The notes: a model not told the origin generated them from the letters alone. A DNA stretch of 62,830 bases, filler included, from Stramenopiles sp. TOSAG23-2 (GCA_900128395.1; 34 parts of 34 records of this genome joined end to end with filler, not necessarily neighbours in it); one strand, 5' to 3'. Numbered from the whole stretch's first letter, positions 1 through 13,247 are shown. Program-made: numbers and translations.

Positions 1-79
1 ATTCCATTAATAATTTACATACATGTCCTGCTGCATATCCTGATGCACCTGTTACAACCACAATTGGTTTACTTGCCAT
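1..79 (-). CDS. NAD-dependent epimerase/dehydratase (extended SDR), 5' end only
   Basis: ATG at 79 gives MASKPIVVVTGASGYAAGHVCKLLME, a Rossmann TGxxGY motif. Runs off the contig and is not in the ORF track. Confidence 0.75.
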   Translation of the reverse strand, partial: MASKPIVVVTGASGYAAGHVCKLLME

Positions 80-661
80 TGTTTATTTTCTTTTTTTTTG
101 TAAAATAAGAGTCTTAATTATTATGGTTGTTGTTGTTATATGAACAATTCGTGTATAGATATGACATGTACACAAACTCTGTGTATGTCACCTCCCTACA
201 TAGTATATAGTATAATAGTATATCTTTTTTTTCTACCTTTCTACTTTCTACCATAAAATTGCCAGATTGGGTATTTTAGCTGAATGTAAATGGCAGACCA
301 GCTGAAACCAAATACGAAGAGAATCTTCCGAATCTATAAATCGCGAATCGCTCAACCGATTCCCTCCTATCAAATAACTGTACAGTAATATATACTTGAA
401 TGGTCCAGTCAAGTCATCATGTAAAACTTGCCGTTTATTCCGGACAATTTCGTGACTCAAAAACAATATAATATTTAGAAACCAAAAATTCTAATGTTGT
501 TGTAGCGTTTAGTGATACAGACATGTGATGGAAGTTAATTAATTTATCATCATCAACATAAACTAATACAAAATATGTATATTTAATAATACCCTTGTTA
601 GTAGTTAGTTGATTAATTTTAATAAACCTCATATTATTACTCTCATTAGACTGTAGATTCT

Positions 662-856
662 TTACTTCACCACCTGGCTTTTGTACTCTTTCCATGTTAT
701 TGTTATTCTAACTTTACAGCCATCAATGGCCCCCCACACTCCATATCTTTCCCGATCTGGATACTTTTTCTTCACTAATTCAGCTAACCTATTCCTTTCT
801 TCATGTGTTGGCCAAGAGACCTGGCTGTCCTCAGATAAGTGCAAGCACTCAACCAT
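662..856 (-). mobile_element. PIF/Harbinger-type DDE transposase fragment (degenerate)
   Basis: WPTHEERNRLAELVKKKYP...VWGAIDGCKVRI resembles the DDE_Tnp_4 first-Asp motif (GAIDGxxxxI). RVQKP continues in another frame and the rest of the domain is not recognisable. Confidence 0.6.
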
Positions 857-1760
857 TAATGGTACATATTATTAATATATATATTGTATTATATGTATTA
901 TTATTATGCAGTAACCCATAATAACAAACATGTTTATGATAGCATTGTAGCTAGAATTATGGTTGGAATAAATGTGACTAGAGATATTTGCAGAAGGTAT
1001 TTTTACTTTCGCAAATATTCCAACTATGTATAAATTGATTGAGGTTACACCTCTAGGTATAATCCTTGGCTGTTGCAAACACGGTTTGAGTACTATGCAG
1101 AAACCCTGAATGATGAAAAACTGGTATTTGGTTTGCAAGTGATTATCGATTATATTTTGCTTTTTGCACAGCTGCTTTGTTTTTTCTAATAGATGCATTT
1201 CCGGGTAAACATCATTTTCTTCATACATTGCTACAATCTCAACACATACGATTTCTAAACAACAACGACAACAACAACAAACAAGAGAAAGAAGATGAAA
1301 AGGACAGAGACCGCTGAATTCAAAGTTGCAACAGTCATCTGGAAATCGTTGAAAAGAGGTGAATTATATGACAACAGTATGACAAACATACATAAAATAG
1401 TACCGAAAAAACATGCTGAATATGTTATATTGTTAAAACACCTTGTAACATTAATCAAAGCAAATGTACCAATACAAAGTTGTGTTGCATTGTCATGATA
1501 AAAAAAGATGCAAGCAATCCCCTTTTCCATATGTCGCACTGTTGAATAAGGCTTTAGAACTACTAAATTCCCAAAGAGTATGATGCAGCAATTCCGGGCC
1601 ATGGCAGGAGAGGATATTGCAACCTATACCGGTGAATAATATAAAACAGGAAAAGAAAAGGCGTTTTTTATTTTTTCAAACATTACCGAAGAGCGTTTAG
1701 AACAATAAAGTGTATGTATATAATATGTGTTTTGTTTTTTTTCTTATTCCCCAGCTTCCA

Positions 1761-1860
1761 NNNNNNNNNNNNNNNNNNNNNNNNNNNNNNNNNNNNNNNN
1801 NNNNTTAATTAATTAANNNNNNNNNNNNNNNNNNNNNNNNNNNNNNNNNNNNNNNNNNNN
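1761..1860. other. Artificial contig linker (first of 33; recurs about every 1.85 kb)
   Basis: 44 N + TTAATTAATTAA + 44 N, repeated identically. The flanking contigs decrease steadily in length from 1760 to 1744 bp. Confidence 0.99.
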
Positions 1861-2747
1861 TATATGTATAGTGAAATATGTAATATAAGTTTTAGAATAA
1901 AAACAATCAAATTTTTAAAATGATCTAAAGAATGATTTATACAAGGTGTAAATGGTTCTTTAATATAGTATATATGTATATGTATTTGTTAATTGTATAT
2001 ATGGGTATCTGTTCTTATATGTTTATGTATTTCTTTATGATTATACAGCAGCTTTACACACGTAAGAGCGTCACTCATCAATAATACGGTATAATATTAT
2101 AGAATATTATTAATATGATGTGGGTGGTGTGAATATTTGCTTTTTTGCAATGGCACAATGTGCATAATAATAATGTGGGTTTTGTGTTTTTGTGGTGGAC
2201 GGCACAAAGAGTAATGCTGTGTGGATGCTATTTTGATTAGTGTAATGTACAGTACAGTATTTTAGCCGATGTCAATCCTATATGTACCTGCTAACGTTGT
2301 TTATTTTTGTATTATATATAATATATTAATATGAATATCGTGTTATAAATGTTATTGTTTCTTATCTCTACGTTTGTTTGTGTCTTAAAAGTATATATAT
2401 ATATATATTTAATTATTAATTTTTAAATACAAAGTATATAGAAAAAAAAGTGCAATGGTATGTCCATGGCCGTAAATGTGCAACGGAATGTTTTATTAAC
2501 GATTTATTTCATTTATTGTGAAAGATTTGAATTTTTATAGGCTCAGCTTGGCTTGTCCCAAAAGGCTTGCTAACCGAGCGAAAGATCAGGTAATAATTGT
2601 TTATACTCTTAGCGGTTGATAGCCGCCTATTTCTTTCTGAGAAAATAATAGATGAAACAATTAAAAAACACCTTAATATTACTACTTTTCTGTACATTAT
2701 TATACTTTTTTTACCCCAGAATTTTCTAGAACAACACACTCCACTTT

Positions 2748-3287
2748 TTACATAAATGTGATGGTATAATCTTCTTCATCTTCTTTTCTTCTTCTAGTTG
2801 TATTATTGTTGTGTTTACCACCCTGTCTCCTTCTATTGCTATTTCTATCGTTTTTACGTTTTCTTCTTCTTCTTCTTCTTCTACTTTTATAATCATCATC
2901 ATCATCATCGCTATTGTTATCATATTTTCTTCTTGTATTCGTCGTTTTTTTAGTATCGTCTCCAGATGACGATAATGCACTTTGAAATAATTTATGTCCA
3001 TCATTGGCAGCAAGTTTTCGCGCTTTCCTGGCTTTTCTTAATCGTCGTTTTTCCTTCTCGCGTGCTCGTCTTTGTTTATCATATTCCATCGTTGCTCTTC
3101 GTGTTTGTTTTGATCGATTCTTTACTTTAAAGCCCTTTACTTTTCTTTGTCTAGTTGCATTGAAAACACCTCTTCTCTTTGCATTTTCTGTAACTCGTCT
3201 ACATATATCTTCATGATCTTTCAAACGGGCTATTTGAAATTTTCTACCACATATGGCACATGGTAATAATTGAGTACGATAAGACAT
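2748..3287 (-). CDS. C2HC zinc-finger protein (zf-C2HC_2, ZC2HC1-like N-terminus)
   Basis: LLPCAICGRKF...RLKDHEDIC followed by KRRGVFNATRQR, then a basic/acidic low-complexity tail. Confidence 0.75.
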   Translation of the reverse strand: MSYRTQLLPCAICGRKFQIARLKDHEDICRRVTENAKRRGVFNATRQRKVKGFKVKNRSKQTRRATMEYDKQRRAREKEKRRLRKARKARKLAANDGHKLFQSALSSSGDDTKKTTNTRRKYDNNSDDDDDDYKSRRRRRRRKRKNDRNSNRRRQGGKHNNNTTRRRKEDEEDYTITFM

Positions 3288-3719
3288 TGTTGTTATATTT
3301 GGATTTATACAATTGTGTATCTCTGTATCCTCTATCTATCTATCTATATTCATTATTGATTTGGTTTTTATTTGTATTTCACCCACAACAAAATAACTAC
3401 CTACTAAAGATTTTCGCTTTTATTCAATTTCCACCACCTTAAATATAATACCAGCTCCTTACACCCTTCAGATTCCAGACACATTAACATACTAATATAA
3501 TAATTTACCTATTAGCAGTATACACAGCAGCGCACATATCCGGATATGCGCCATCTATCACACCCTTCCAATCAAAAACAATGAATTGAAAATAATAATA
3601 TATATATATCTGTATGGAGNNNNNNNNNNNNNNNNNNNNNNNNNNNNNNNNNNNNNNNNNNNNTTAATTAATTAANNNNNNNNNNNNNNNNNNNNNNNNN
3701 NNNNNNNNNNNNNNNNNNN

Positions 3720-5017
3720 ATATAACATTTAGCATAGCCATGGCAGTTATGTTTATTTTTTCCCTTGTTTTTATAGAGAATATACATCCATATTTTATGT
3801 CTTCTTTTATATATTTATTATTTTCAATAATTTTTGCGTTGACTGCTTATTTTTACAAAGAACATCCAGATGAAAGATTATATTGGATCATGCCAGGTGG
3901 TAGAGTGATATTAGCTGGTTGGATGATGGTATTTTTAATGTTAATTATACGTTTAACATCGTTCCAACTTTACAATTCATCAATTTTTTCATTTGATTTC
4001 GGTCCAAAAAATTGTTATGAAACAAATGGTTTTGATAATAAATTGAATAAAACTAAAAGTATTTTGAAATGTGAAGAAATTCATCAATATAGTTTTACAT
4101 TTGATGATGCTAAAGATGCATTTAATACATTAGGCCATACATTTCAAGGATTTTTATGTATCTGTATGTTTTGCCAAGCTAGATTTTATATAACAAATTT
4201 TATGGTAAAGATCCTCTATAAATTATTTCATAAAGATGTAGTACCTAATAATAATACCATTGATAATATGACAATGCAGACTCCGAGGAATAATCAATTT
4301 TTTACTCAAAGTGAAATTTATTTTATTAAAATTAGTAGAATGTTTGATATTTTCTTGTTGATAGTATGGGTATATCCATTTTACAATGCAATGAAGCGTA
4401 TAATTAAATCTGCGGATACATTTTCAACATCTAGCTATGGAAATAATTCTTTTGAATGGGCTATTGGATTTTTATTTGGTTTATCAATCGGTTTTTTAAT
4501 TGAAATTCATGGCCGTAATGTTCACGACCATAAAATATTAAGTAAAAATCATCAACATTTAAAATCAACCTTTTCAACTGCAACTTTAAAATCATATGAA
4601 AGTGATGTGTTGTTAAAAGCATTGAAAACAACGGATAGTAAAATTGCTCATTTCGAACATAGATGGTACCTTGCACGTGTCGCGTCTGGTATATTATTAA
4701 TTATTGCAAGTATTGTTGCGATAATGTTTTACATAATGACTTGGGGTTCTTCAATAGAAGATAATGAAACTGTTACTGATAGTAATGTTAATTCGCTTAG
4801 CGAAGCGTTAGCTACAGTTTCGTTAATTTGTGTATTTCTACCATGTTTTTCATGCTTTTTCATACCATTATGTACAAAACATGAAATAATACATAGACAA
4901 TCTTCATTGATGTCCTTTTCTACCAACTTGGAGGATTTTGATGGTGTAGGAAGTCGTAATAGTGCGGTTGTTTTAAAAGATGGTGAGGAGATATCAATAG
5001 AGTTTGGTCGAAAATGA
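3720..5017 (+). CDS. Multi-pass membrane protein, unknown function, 5'-truncated
   Basis: At least 425 codons, open to the contig edge, with about 8 hydrophobic segments. Confidence 0.8.
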
Positions 5018-5577
5018 AAAAAAAAGTGTGTGTGGTGTGGATAATGATCTTCTTTGTTAAATCTTGAAGTAATGATATGATATCATCATATTTATAAAAA
5101 AAAAAATTCCACTATTTTAAGGAAATAATTACAACTTTTACCATAATATTTTGTAGAAATACATAGGTAAATTTCTATTTATATACGAAAATAAGTATAA
5201 ATTATAAAAATATTTTATCATAATTTCTGTGAAATTTTTCAAAATTGACACGTCGAATAATATAAATTTCACTGTTCTTACCTATATCTTTCATGAAAAT
5301 GTACATTTTTGCCACGAAGGTGCAGGAAATGACATGATTGGGATTTTGATAAATTCATATTTACCTATCAAATTTATACTTAGAATATTATATATAATTA
5401 CCTATCATTGTGCCATTGTACTTAGCAATCTGATGAAAGACGACTGCTAAATATCATAGGGGATTGTAGTTTACAGANNNNNNNNNNNNNNNNNNNNNNN
5501 NNNNNNNNNNNNNNNNNNNNNTTAATTAATTAANNNNNNNNNNNNNNNNNNNNNNNNNNNNNNNNNNNNNNNNNNNN

Positions 5578-6376
5578 AAAAAAATAACGATGCTTTTTTA
5601 TTATCACCATTACTATTTACGACACGTGGCATAAAATCCCTTTCCTTTAAAATTCTTTTTAAAATATATTTACTTTCATGCTCTTTTTCTTCCTCAGTTC
5701 TTGAATCTAGATGTATTGCTTCTACAATTGTTTTCATTGGTTCATTTTGGCCACCAATTTTTTTTTTCAACATTCTTTTCCTTTTTTTTTCGGATAGATT
5801 TGGTGAATTTTTAATAATAATTTTTGTCCTCGTGTCTTGCTTTTTAACAGAATATTTTACACTACGGATTGTATCCGTACCATCATCTTCATCATCATCT
5901 TCTTCTTTATCTTCATCATCGCTACTTGATATTATATCCTCCTTGTTTCTTATATTTTCCTTTAGATCAGATGGTTCTATTCCTAATTTTTCATATCGTC
6001 GTTTTGCCAATATGGTTAATCTTTCGCTTAATTCTTTCTCTAATTGCTTTTGTTCTTCATCATCTTTGTCTACTATGTTGCTTTTTGTGGATTCTATATG
6101 CAAAGGTGCACTAACTTTATATTTACTATGTACAGTGTTTTTATTGGACATTGTTGTTGTAGTAGTAGTAGTGATTGTACCATATTCATGTGTATAATTT
6201 TGTTGATGTTTTGAATCTGATATTAAAGCACATGTACGACCATATGGACATATTGGTTTGTTACTTTTATATAAAGGAATCTCATCAAATGTAATATCTA
6301 ATTTATGCTTTTTTTTTGGTAATCGTATTGCTTTTAATTTGATTCTTGTTCTTCTTAATACTTTTTTCAAATCCAT
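5578..6376 (-). CDS. PBZ (poly-ADP-ribose-binding zinc finger) protein, 3'-truncated
   Basis: KPICPYGRTCALISDSKHQQNYTH fits KxxCxYGxxCx7HxxxYxH. The remainder is charged low-complexity sequence. Confidence 0.7.
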
Positions 6377-7683
6377 ATTATTATATATCCGATTTCTTCT
6401 TCGTAGGGGGTTCTATTGATATATATATATATATGTATGTAATTATTATTATATATAATAATTGAAGTCCAGATGGGAGGACATGTAAGGACCATGATGT
6501 TAAATTGTATTATTAATATGTACACTATGTGCATATATGAAATATATTATCATTATTCGTGAGGTGTTGTGTTTTTAGTTTCCATTTTTTTATACCTAGT
6601 ATGGTAACGTTTCTATATAAGTTAAAATAAGGTTTGTACATATCTATTGAGGAGATGCTTTTTGTATTCTATTTTTATATCAGCACATCACAGGAACAAA
6701 TATTGATATATTTCAACCGTACTCTCTGTTACTTTTCTATTTACTTAAATTATAGAGACAATACACATTTAGTCCTACAGTATATGGAATTAACCTCACA
6801 ACATCATTGTAACCTAATAGTAACTACGAGTCGTAAACCTTAACCTACTGTTTATGCGAATACCATACTAGTAGCGGGGTTTCCTGAGTAGGGCCAATAA
6901 AGGAAGGAGTAAATATTTTAAGGGAATACATGTGTACATGATCCATGTGGCAAATTATACGAGGCCTCGTACTGGTAGCTACGTTTTTTTTTTTTTTACA
7001 TTGTAGTACCGGGGGTTTTTGCTGAGACGTGTTTTTTAGGATTATTATAAATTTTGTTGTTCTTCTATATATAATAAATAATTTTTTATAATAAATACTG
7101 GTAGCTACCTCGTACATTCTACCGATCAGGTATCGCAATTATTATTGACACTTGATATTACAGTAATTTCTACTCTTTCAAAAGAATACTAATACATAGT
7201 AACTAAACCTTAACCTGCGCACCAGCTGCCAGCTGCCAAGCTTACGTGAGAATTCTCTCTGACTGTACCTGGTATGTGACGTATAGTTGTTTCCTGAGTG
7301 ACGAGGCCCCTTAATTAAAATAAAGGAAGGAGTAANNNNNNNNNNNNNNNNNNNNNNNNNNNNNNNNNNNNNNNNNNNNTTAATTAATTAANNNNNNNNN
7401 NNNNNNNNNNNNNNNNNNNNNNNNNNNNNNNNNNNTATATCAATATATATATATATATATGTATATAATAATAAAAAATATTTTTTTTTACGAATAAAAT
7501 AATTTTTATGTACTTCGTACGAGCGTACATATGATCAAATGTTTTTTTTTACGAACATATTCGCATTTTGCTTTTATTTTTATTTTTATCCTCATATGTA
7601 GCGCATATGATCATCGTAAAAAAATAAATACAACCCAGGGTATCAAATACATCTCCCTCTTTCTGTCTCTTTCTTATCTGTTT

Positions 7684-8817
7684 TTACATGACATGTTTTA
7701 CATCTTGTCCAAATTGCTTTAAAAAGTTGGTTATATCATTACTTTCTGGACCATAACCTCTGAAGTATGATGGACATGATGGATATGCAATTTTTGCTGC
7801 TTGATCAATTGCATCAACAATATTAGCAGGCAATGGTCCGCCTTCACAACATTCAATATTCATTTCGAAATGTTTTAAACTAGAGACACCAAATATAATA
7901 CCATCATCGTGTTTTGCGGATATATATGAATGATTCAATACCCATCGAAATGCTGCGTTTACCATGCTTATATTTTCTTTATCACATTCTGATTTAATAT
8001 GGTTAATAGCTTCAATAAATGCTGCTTTGCCATATCTTTTGACGTACATTTTCCCCCACGGAAAGTCTGCAGAAAATCTACCTACAGTGCTTGATGTTAT
8101 TTCTTCCATTTTGGTATATCGTCCAGTCAATAAACCGCCAGCGAGGGGGTTGTACATCATTGCACGCATATTAAATTCTCTTAATACAGGCACTACTTCC
8201 CGTACATAATCTCTCGTTATAGCATTGTACATTCCTTGATATACGGTTGGTACGATATAATTTTTATTTTTACAACGATAGTAAATATCAACAACTTTCC
8301 ATGCAGGAAAGTTGGAAAGTCCGAATTCTTTAATTTTCCCACTTTTATGCAATTCATCAATACCAGCTAATGTATCGTCAATATCTGTATCAATATCTGG
8401 CATGTGCAAATAAAAAAGATCAATAGATTCGATTCGCAATTTTCGAATGCATTCCGTAGCTTGTGCAATAATACTAGCTTTCGTATTGCCTTTTCCAGCA
8501 TTCAAGGGAACGCCAAGCAATGGATGAGCTTTTGTTGCTATGTGGCATTTTGATCTAATATCAGGATTCTCCTCAAATATTTCTCCCAATACCGTTTCCG
8601 TATCGAATTCAGGCGTCCCGGATTGATAAACTCTCGCAGTATCAATCAAAACCTTCCCATCTAAATTTGCAACAGGCCCGGCTTTAGAGTTTATTAAACA
8701 TTTTAATATTGCTAATGCTTCTTCTTTTTTTACCTGACCGACTCCACCATCAGCTGAAAAGGTCATTGTTCCCAAACATACTCGTGGACGGGTAGCAGTA
8801 GATGTGATTTCTGACAT
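7684..8817 (-). CDS. Aldo-keto reductase, AKR7/aflatoxin aldehyde reductase-like
   Basis: LGTMTF, IDTARVY, IATKA, IDLFYLHMPD, GKIKEFGLSNF, PTVYQGMYNAITR, YNPLAGGLLTGRY. ATG at 8817. Confidence 0.93.
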   Translation of the reverse strand: MSEITSTATRPRVCLGTMTFSADGGVGQVKKEEALAILKCLINSKAGPVANLDGKVLIDTARVYQSGTPEFDTETVLGEIFEENPDIRSKCHIATKAHPLLGVPLNAGKGNTKASIIAQATECIRKLRIESIDLFYLHMPDIDTDIDDTLAGIDELHKSGKIKEFGLSNFPAWKVVDIYYRCKNKNYIVPTVYQGMYNAITRDYVREVVPVLREFNMRAMMYNPLAGGLLTGRYTKMEEITSSTVGRFSADFPWGKMYVKRYGKAAFIEAINHIKSECDKENISMVNAAFRWVLNHSYISAKHDDGIIFGVSSLKHFEMNIECCEGGPLPANIVDAIDQAAKIAYPSCPSYFRGYGPESNDITNFLKQFGQDVKHVM

Positions 8818-9472
8818 AGTCAAACTTTTGTTATTTCAGCCTTTTTATAATATTACGAGATTATTGTTATATTGTATTATAAATTTTGTCTTTATTATAT
8901 TTTTATCACTACATATAGGTGCATAGGCTGATTAAAATTAATGTAAATTATATAATGTATATTTTGATGCAAAAGATATTTATATATATATATATATAAT
9001 CTTTAATAATAATAATATTCGTCTTTTACCATAAGTATAGGTTGCTATAATATCAAGTACAAATACCTATATCTGTAAATGTAGCTGGAAAGGTTGGATC
9101 GAAAAAAAAAGTTGTTGTTGTTGTTGTTGGTTCAACGTCCTCCATGACTACCACTATCCATATATTGATTGCGATAATTGACAATGGTAGGCNNNNNNNN
9201 NNNNNNNNNNNNNNNNNNNNNNNNNNNNNNNNNNNNTTAATTAATTAANNNNNNNNNNNNNNNNNNNNNNNNNNNNNNNNNNNNNNNNNNNNATTCCTTA
9301 TATTGATTTCCGTCTTTAAAAAATCCCGTTATGCCCCGGTCATCATCTATCATATCATAATATATTAGATTAAGATACATCACGAGACGAACTTTTCAGA
9401 CAAAATCAGTTTTGCAAAGTTTTTACTACACAACACATCACAACCACTAAGATAATATCCATATAATATATA

Positions 9473-11049
9473 TTAGGATTCCTCATTGATTTCATTTAAT
9501 TTTATAGCAGCTTTTAAACCAGCACCATAAACATTCATTTCCTCTGGTTGTTCTATTTCAATTACTTTTAAATCGGTACAACCTGCATCCATGAAACATT
9601 TTTTCACACCACTAACAAGGGAAGGCATTCTGGCCATTCCACCTAAAACTAATAAATGTGCATTGACCAATTCATCTTTATCTACCTCACTTTCATTAAT
9701 AGCTTTTTTGCATACGTTAAAAACTTTTTCCATAGCATCTCTCGATAATGATTCTAATTTAGATCTCGACATATCATGCATTAAATGCTTTGGACCGGTC
9801 GCATCGGCTGTAATGAAAGGTTCATTGATTTCAGATTGCAATTTACTTGAAAGTTCAATCCTTGCATTACGAGCTGCTTCCGTTACACGTTTCATGGTCA
9901 TTTTATCACTCGTCAAATCTAATTTATTTTCTTTTTCGAAATCTGAAACTAAAAAATCAATAATTGCATTATCAAAAACACGACCACCAGCAAATTGGTC
10001 AGATGTCATATACACAGTTTCAACATGTTCTTCTAAGTGTGGCACTAAACCAATATGTTCCATATCATGATCATCATCTGCATCAATAATTCTTAAAATG
10101 GATACATCCGTTGATCTACCAACGTCGCATATGATGACTAAACTTGGTGTCTCCATTCCATCTTCACCACCACCAATATTTTCCATACCACCTAATGATG
10201 CAATTGATCCTAATAAACCACACAACGGCTCTTGGGCAGCACCTAATAGACGTAAATTTGCTTGTTCAGCTGCAATTTGCATTGCGGAATGTACACGTGG
10301 TGAAATTGCAGCTTCTGCTGGTAATGCTAAAAAAGCATGGGAGCAATTTCCTGTATCAATATGGGATGATGCAACAGTTCTCATATGCGATATTAACTGC
10401 GATGTTAATAATTCTGGTGATGATGCTACACTATCTTCACCACCATCACCAACAATTAATTGCATTGTACCACCAATTCCTTGTTTCACATTTCCTTCAT
10501 ATTGTAAATCTTTAATAAATGCAGATGCTTTTTCATCATCAAAACGTCTACCAATTAACGCATTTGGTGCATAGATATGATCTAACGTTTCAGCTTGTGT
10601 ACCAACTAGAAAGGATGATTCGCCCTCATCTCCATCTTGTACACCAACACATGATGGTGTTGCACGTTGACCTTCCGCATTTTCAACCACTTGTACTTTT
10701 CCTGTATCTGTTGATAATACGGATACCCTAGAATATAAGGTTCCAGTATCCAAACCCATGATTCCTGTAACTTTACCAAATTCAACACTACCACCCCATA
10801 AATCTTCCGCAGATTCTTTTTTATCTTTTTTCTCTCCTATTTTTTTTTCTCTCTTTCGAGGTTTATTTAATTCACCACTTTCCTTTGCAGCATAGTATTT
10901 TTGAAGAAAACGTGCACCAACATAAATAACACCAGCAGCTACAAGAATAGGCCATACTTCAGCTTTTCTTGTTACATGAAAATTGTGTTTCTGCACTAGC
11001 TGTTGATTATTGTCAGCAGCAGTTGTATTATTTACATTGTTATTATTAT
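9473..11049 (-). CDS. Divergent Hsp70/DnaK-like protein: N-terminal TM helix plus nucleotide-binding domain only, 5'-truncated
   Basis: GLDTGT, VENAEGQRATPS, GGRVFD, ARIELSS, INEPFITADATGPKHL, LGGMARMP. Stop comes right after the NBD (GAGLKAA). Confidence 0.88.
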
Positions 11050-13247
11050 NNNNNNNNNNNNNNNNNNNNNNNNNNNNNNNNNNNNNNNNNNNNTTAATTA
11101 ATTAANNNNNNNNNNNNNNNNNNNNNNNNNNNNNNNNNNNNNNNNNNNNAAATATACTAACAAGTACAAATATATGAAATTTGGTAAAATCTGGTAGTGT
11201 CCTGCTCTACTAAGGGAGACTGGTCACAAGGTTCAAACCTTTGTAAACCCTAGGTCCTAACCCGACCATTCAACATTGCAAAAACGTTATAAAATTGTAA
11301 AAAATAGTATTAAAATTGAATGAAGTCTAGAAATAAAATGTGATCGTAAACAGTATTATGTACAATTGGAAATAGAATCAAGTTACTTGATATTTATAGT
11401 TTGTGTGTGTGCATATATATATATATCACTTCTGAATTGAATTTTTTTACATTATATTTATTGTTTGTGTGTGTGTGTGTATATATATATCACTTCTGAA
11501 TTTAAATTTTTTTTACCATATTCTAATTAAATTCCGTTATATTTTAGTATACTAATGTTTTGTACTTAGTCCTATCAAATAGTATTATTCGAGTCCGATT
11601 TTAGATTTTAGATTTTAGATTTGTTACTTTTTCTTTATGCGGCATTTAGGATGTCGAATATTCTAATAGTATTCTATGTATGAGTATACTACTATTTTGA
11701 TACTTAAATGATACATCTCCTATCAACAATGATATTCGCATCCGAGTGAAAACAAAAAAAAGATATACACATATATACATTTTTAGTTACGAAAGATATG
11801 AAAGTCAGATAGATAGACCTGAACTCGTTTACACGTGTCCACATTGCAGAAAAATGTTACCAATTCCTGACTGGATTAAGGAGACACAAGTTGGTGTATC
11901 AAAAATGGCACAGCTGATAGCAGAATCATGCCCTGGTTTGCCGTACAAGCCAATATTGTTGAACGATGTATACTGTTAATTTTATATCTATACTGTACCA
12001 TCCTTTCTATCTCAGAGCATCTCTATTCTTCTGTCTTCAGGCATGGTTATATATATTTTCTTTGTGTTACAATTATCAGCGAGTGTGTAAAAGATATATA
12101 TGTAAATAAAAATTCAATTCTTTTTGATTAAAATATTTATAATAAATAATAATATCTAGGTTGAAAATATAATTTCTTTCTAAATACCGCGCACTTGTTT
12201 TTCTCAACATCGCAGTAAATTTTATAAAACTTCGTTGATTGTTTTAATCCTTCTTTTGCTTTTCTTTCTTTTGTTTTTGACGTTTCTGCTTTTGTTAGTT
12301 TGTTTCTTGTTTGACGTTTCTGCTTTTGTTAGTTTGTTTCTTGTAATATATATATTTAAACCATTGTCTAACCAACACTTCTCCCACTTTTCTATATTTC
12401 TTTCGTTCTACTCTCTACTTGTCACTTTCCTAAAAAAATGGGCTAGCATGGGTTAGCACTACCGATTTCGAGGAATCATTAACATCGGCTATTTCCCATT
12501 TCACCGACATCGGGAGAATCTGCATCGCGATAGCATTGCAGAAATTAGAGGGTGTAAAAAACCTATTTTTTTTCTCTTATCCATATGTTGATTATTTTTT
12601 TACATGTTTACCTATTAGAACTAAATAGGATTCCCATTTTTGGGTCACTTTCCATTGGGCTGTGATATGTCTAGAAAAGTCCGAGGCGGATTTATTCTTC
12701 GGATATTTTACCTATTCAGAAGGTCTCAATGCTAAACGCCTGTACGTTTAAGTATGTGAAAGCCTATCAAAAAGTGTAGACCTATGTTTTTTTAGGAGTT
12801 AAGTATTTTAGTATATTTAGCAGGTACACACTGTTGTCTAATGCTATTTCTATGTATAACGTTAAGTTCAGGCTACTTTTCTCGGGAACACTGCGTAGCA
12901 AGCCAANNNNNNNNNNNNNNNNNNNNNNNNNNNNNNNNNNNNNNNNNNNNTTAATTAATTAANNNNNNNNNNNNNNNNNNNNNNNNNNNNNNNNNNNNNN
13001 NNNNNNTGTTTCCGTTTTTTGTATCTATCTTACATATGTACTTGATGGAAGTGATAACTATTTATTATGAGTAATATTATTGATAAAAAAATATATATAG
13101 AAATTGTATAGTTGTGGTGCACAGTCCTATCTATCTCTAACACCTATAATATATTATATATCGATACCAGGTATTATTATTATTATTTGATTATTTGTGA
13201 GGTGTGAGGTGCTGAGGGTCTGAGGCTGAGGCTATGCTATATTTTTG

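Noticed and set aside
1805-1816. Regularly spaced TTAATTAATTAA as a biological repeat array
   Set aside because: Always centred in 88 Ns. It is a synthetic six-frame-stop linker.
3535-3548. 14-bp palindrome CATATCCGGATATG upstream of the C2HC gene
   Set aside because: Single instance that could arise by chance.
6800-7335. Degenerate repeats (GTTTCCTGAGT...AATAAAGGAAGGAGTAA; TACTGGTAGCTAC) as an RNA gene or transposon end
   Set aside because: Short scrambled duplications with no consistent structure, cut by the contig end.
9591-10731. Antisense ORFs opposite Hsp70 (likewise opposite UTP14, AlkB, RCC1, cyclophilin and the phosphatase)
   Set aside because: Shadow frames of real genes with no motifs of their own.
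11746-11979. CxxC (CPHC) small ORF as a zinc-ribbon gene
   Set aside because: No ATG start, a single CxxC and no recognisable family.
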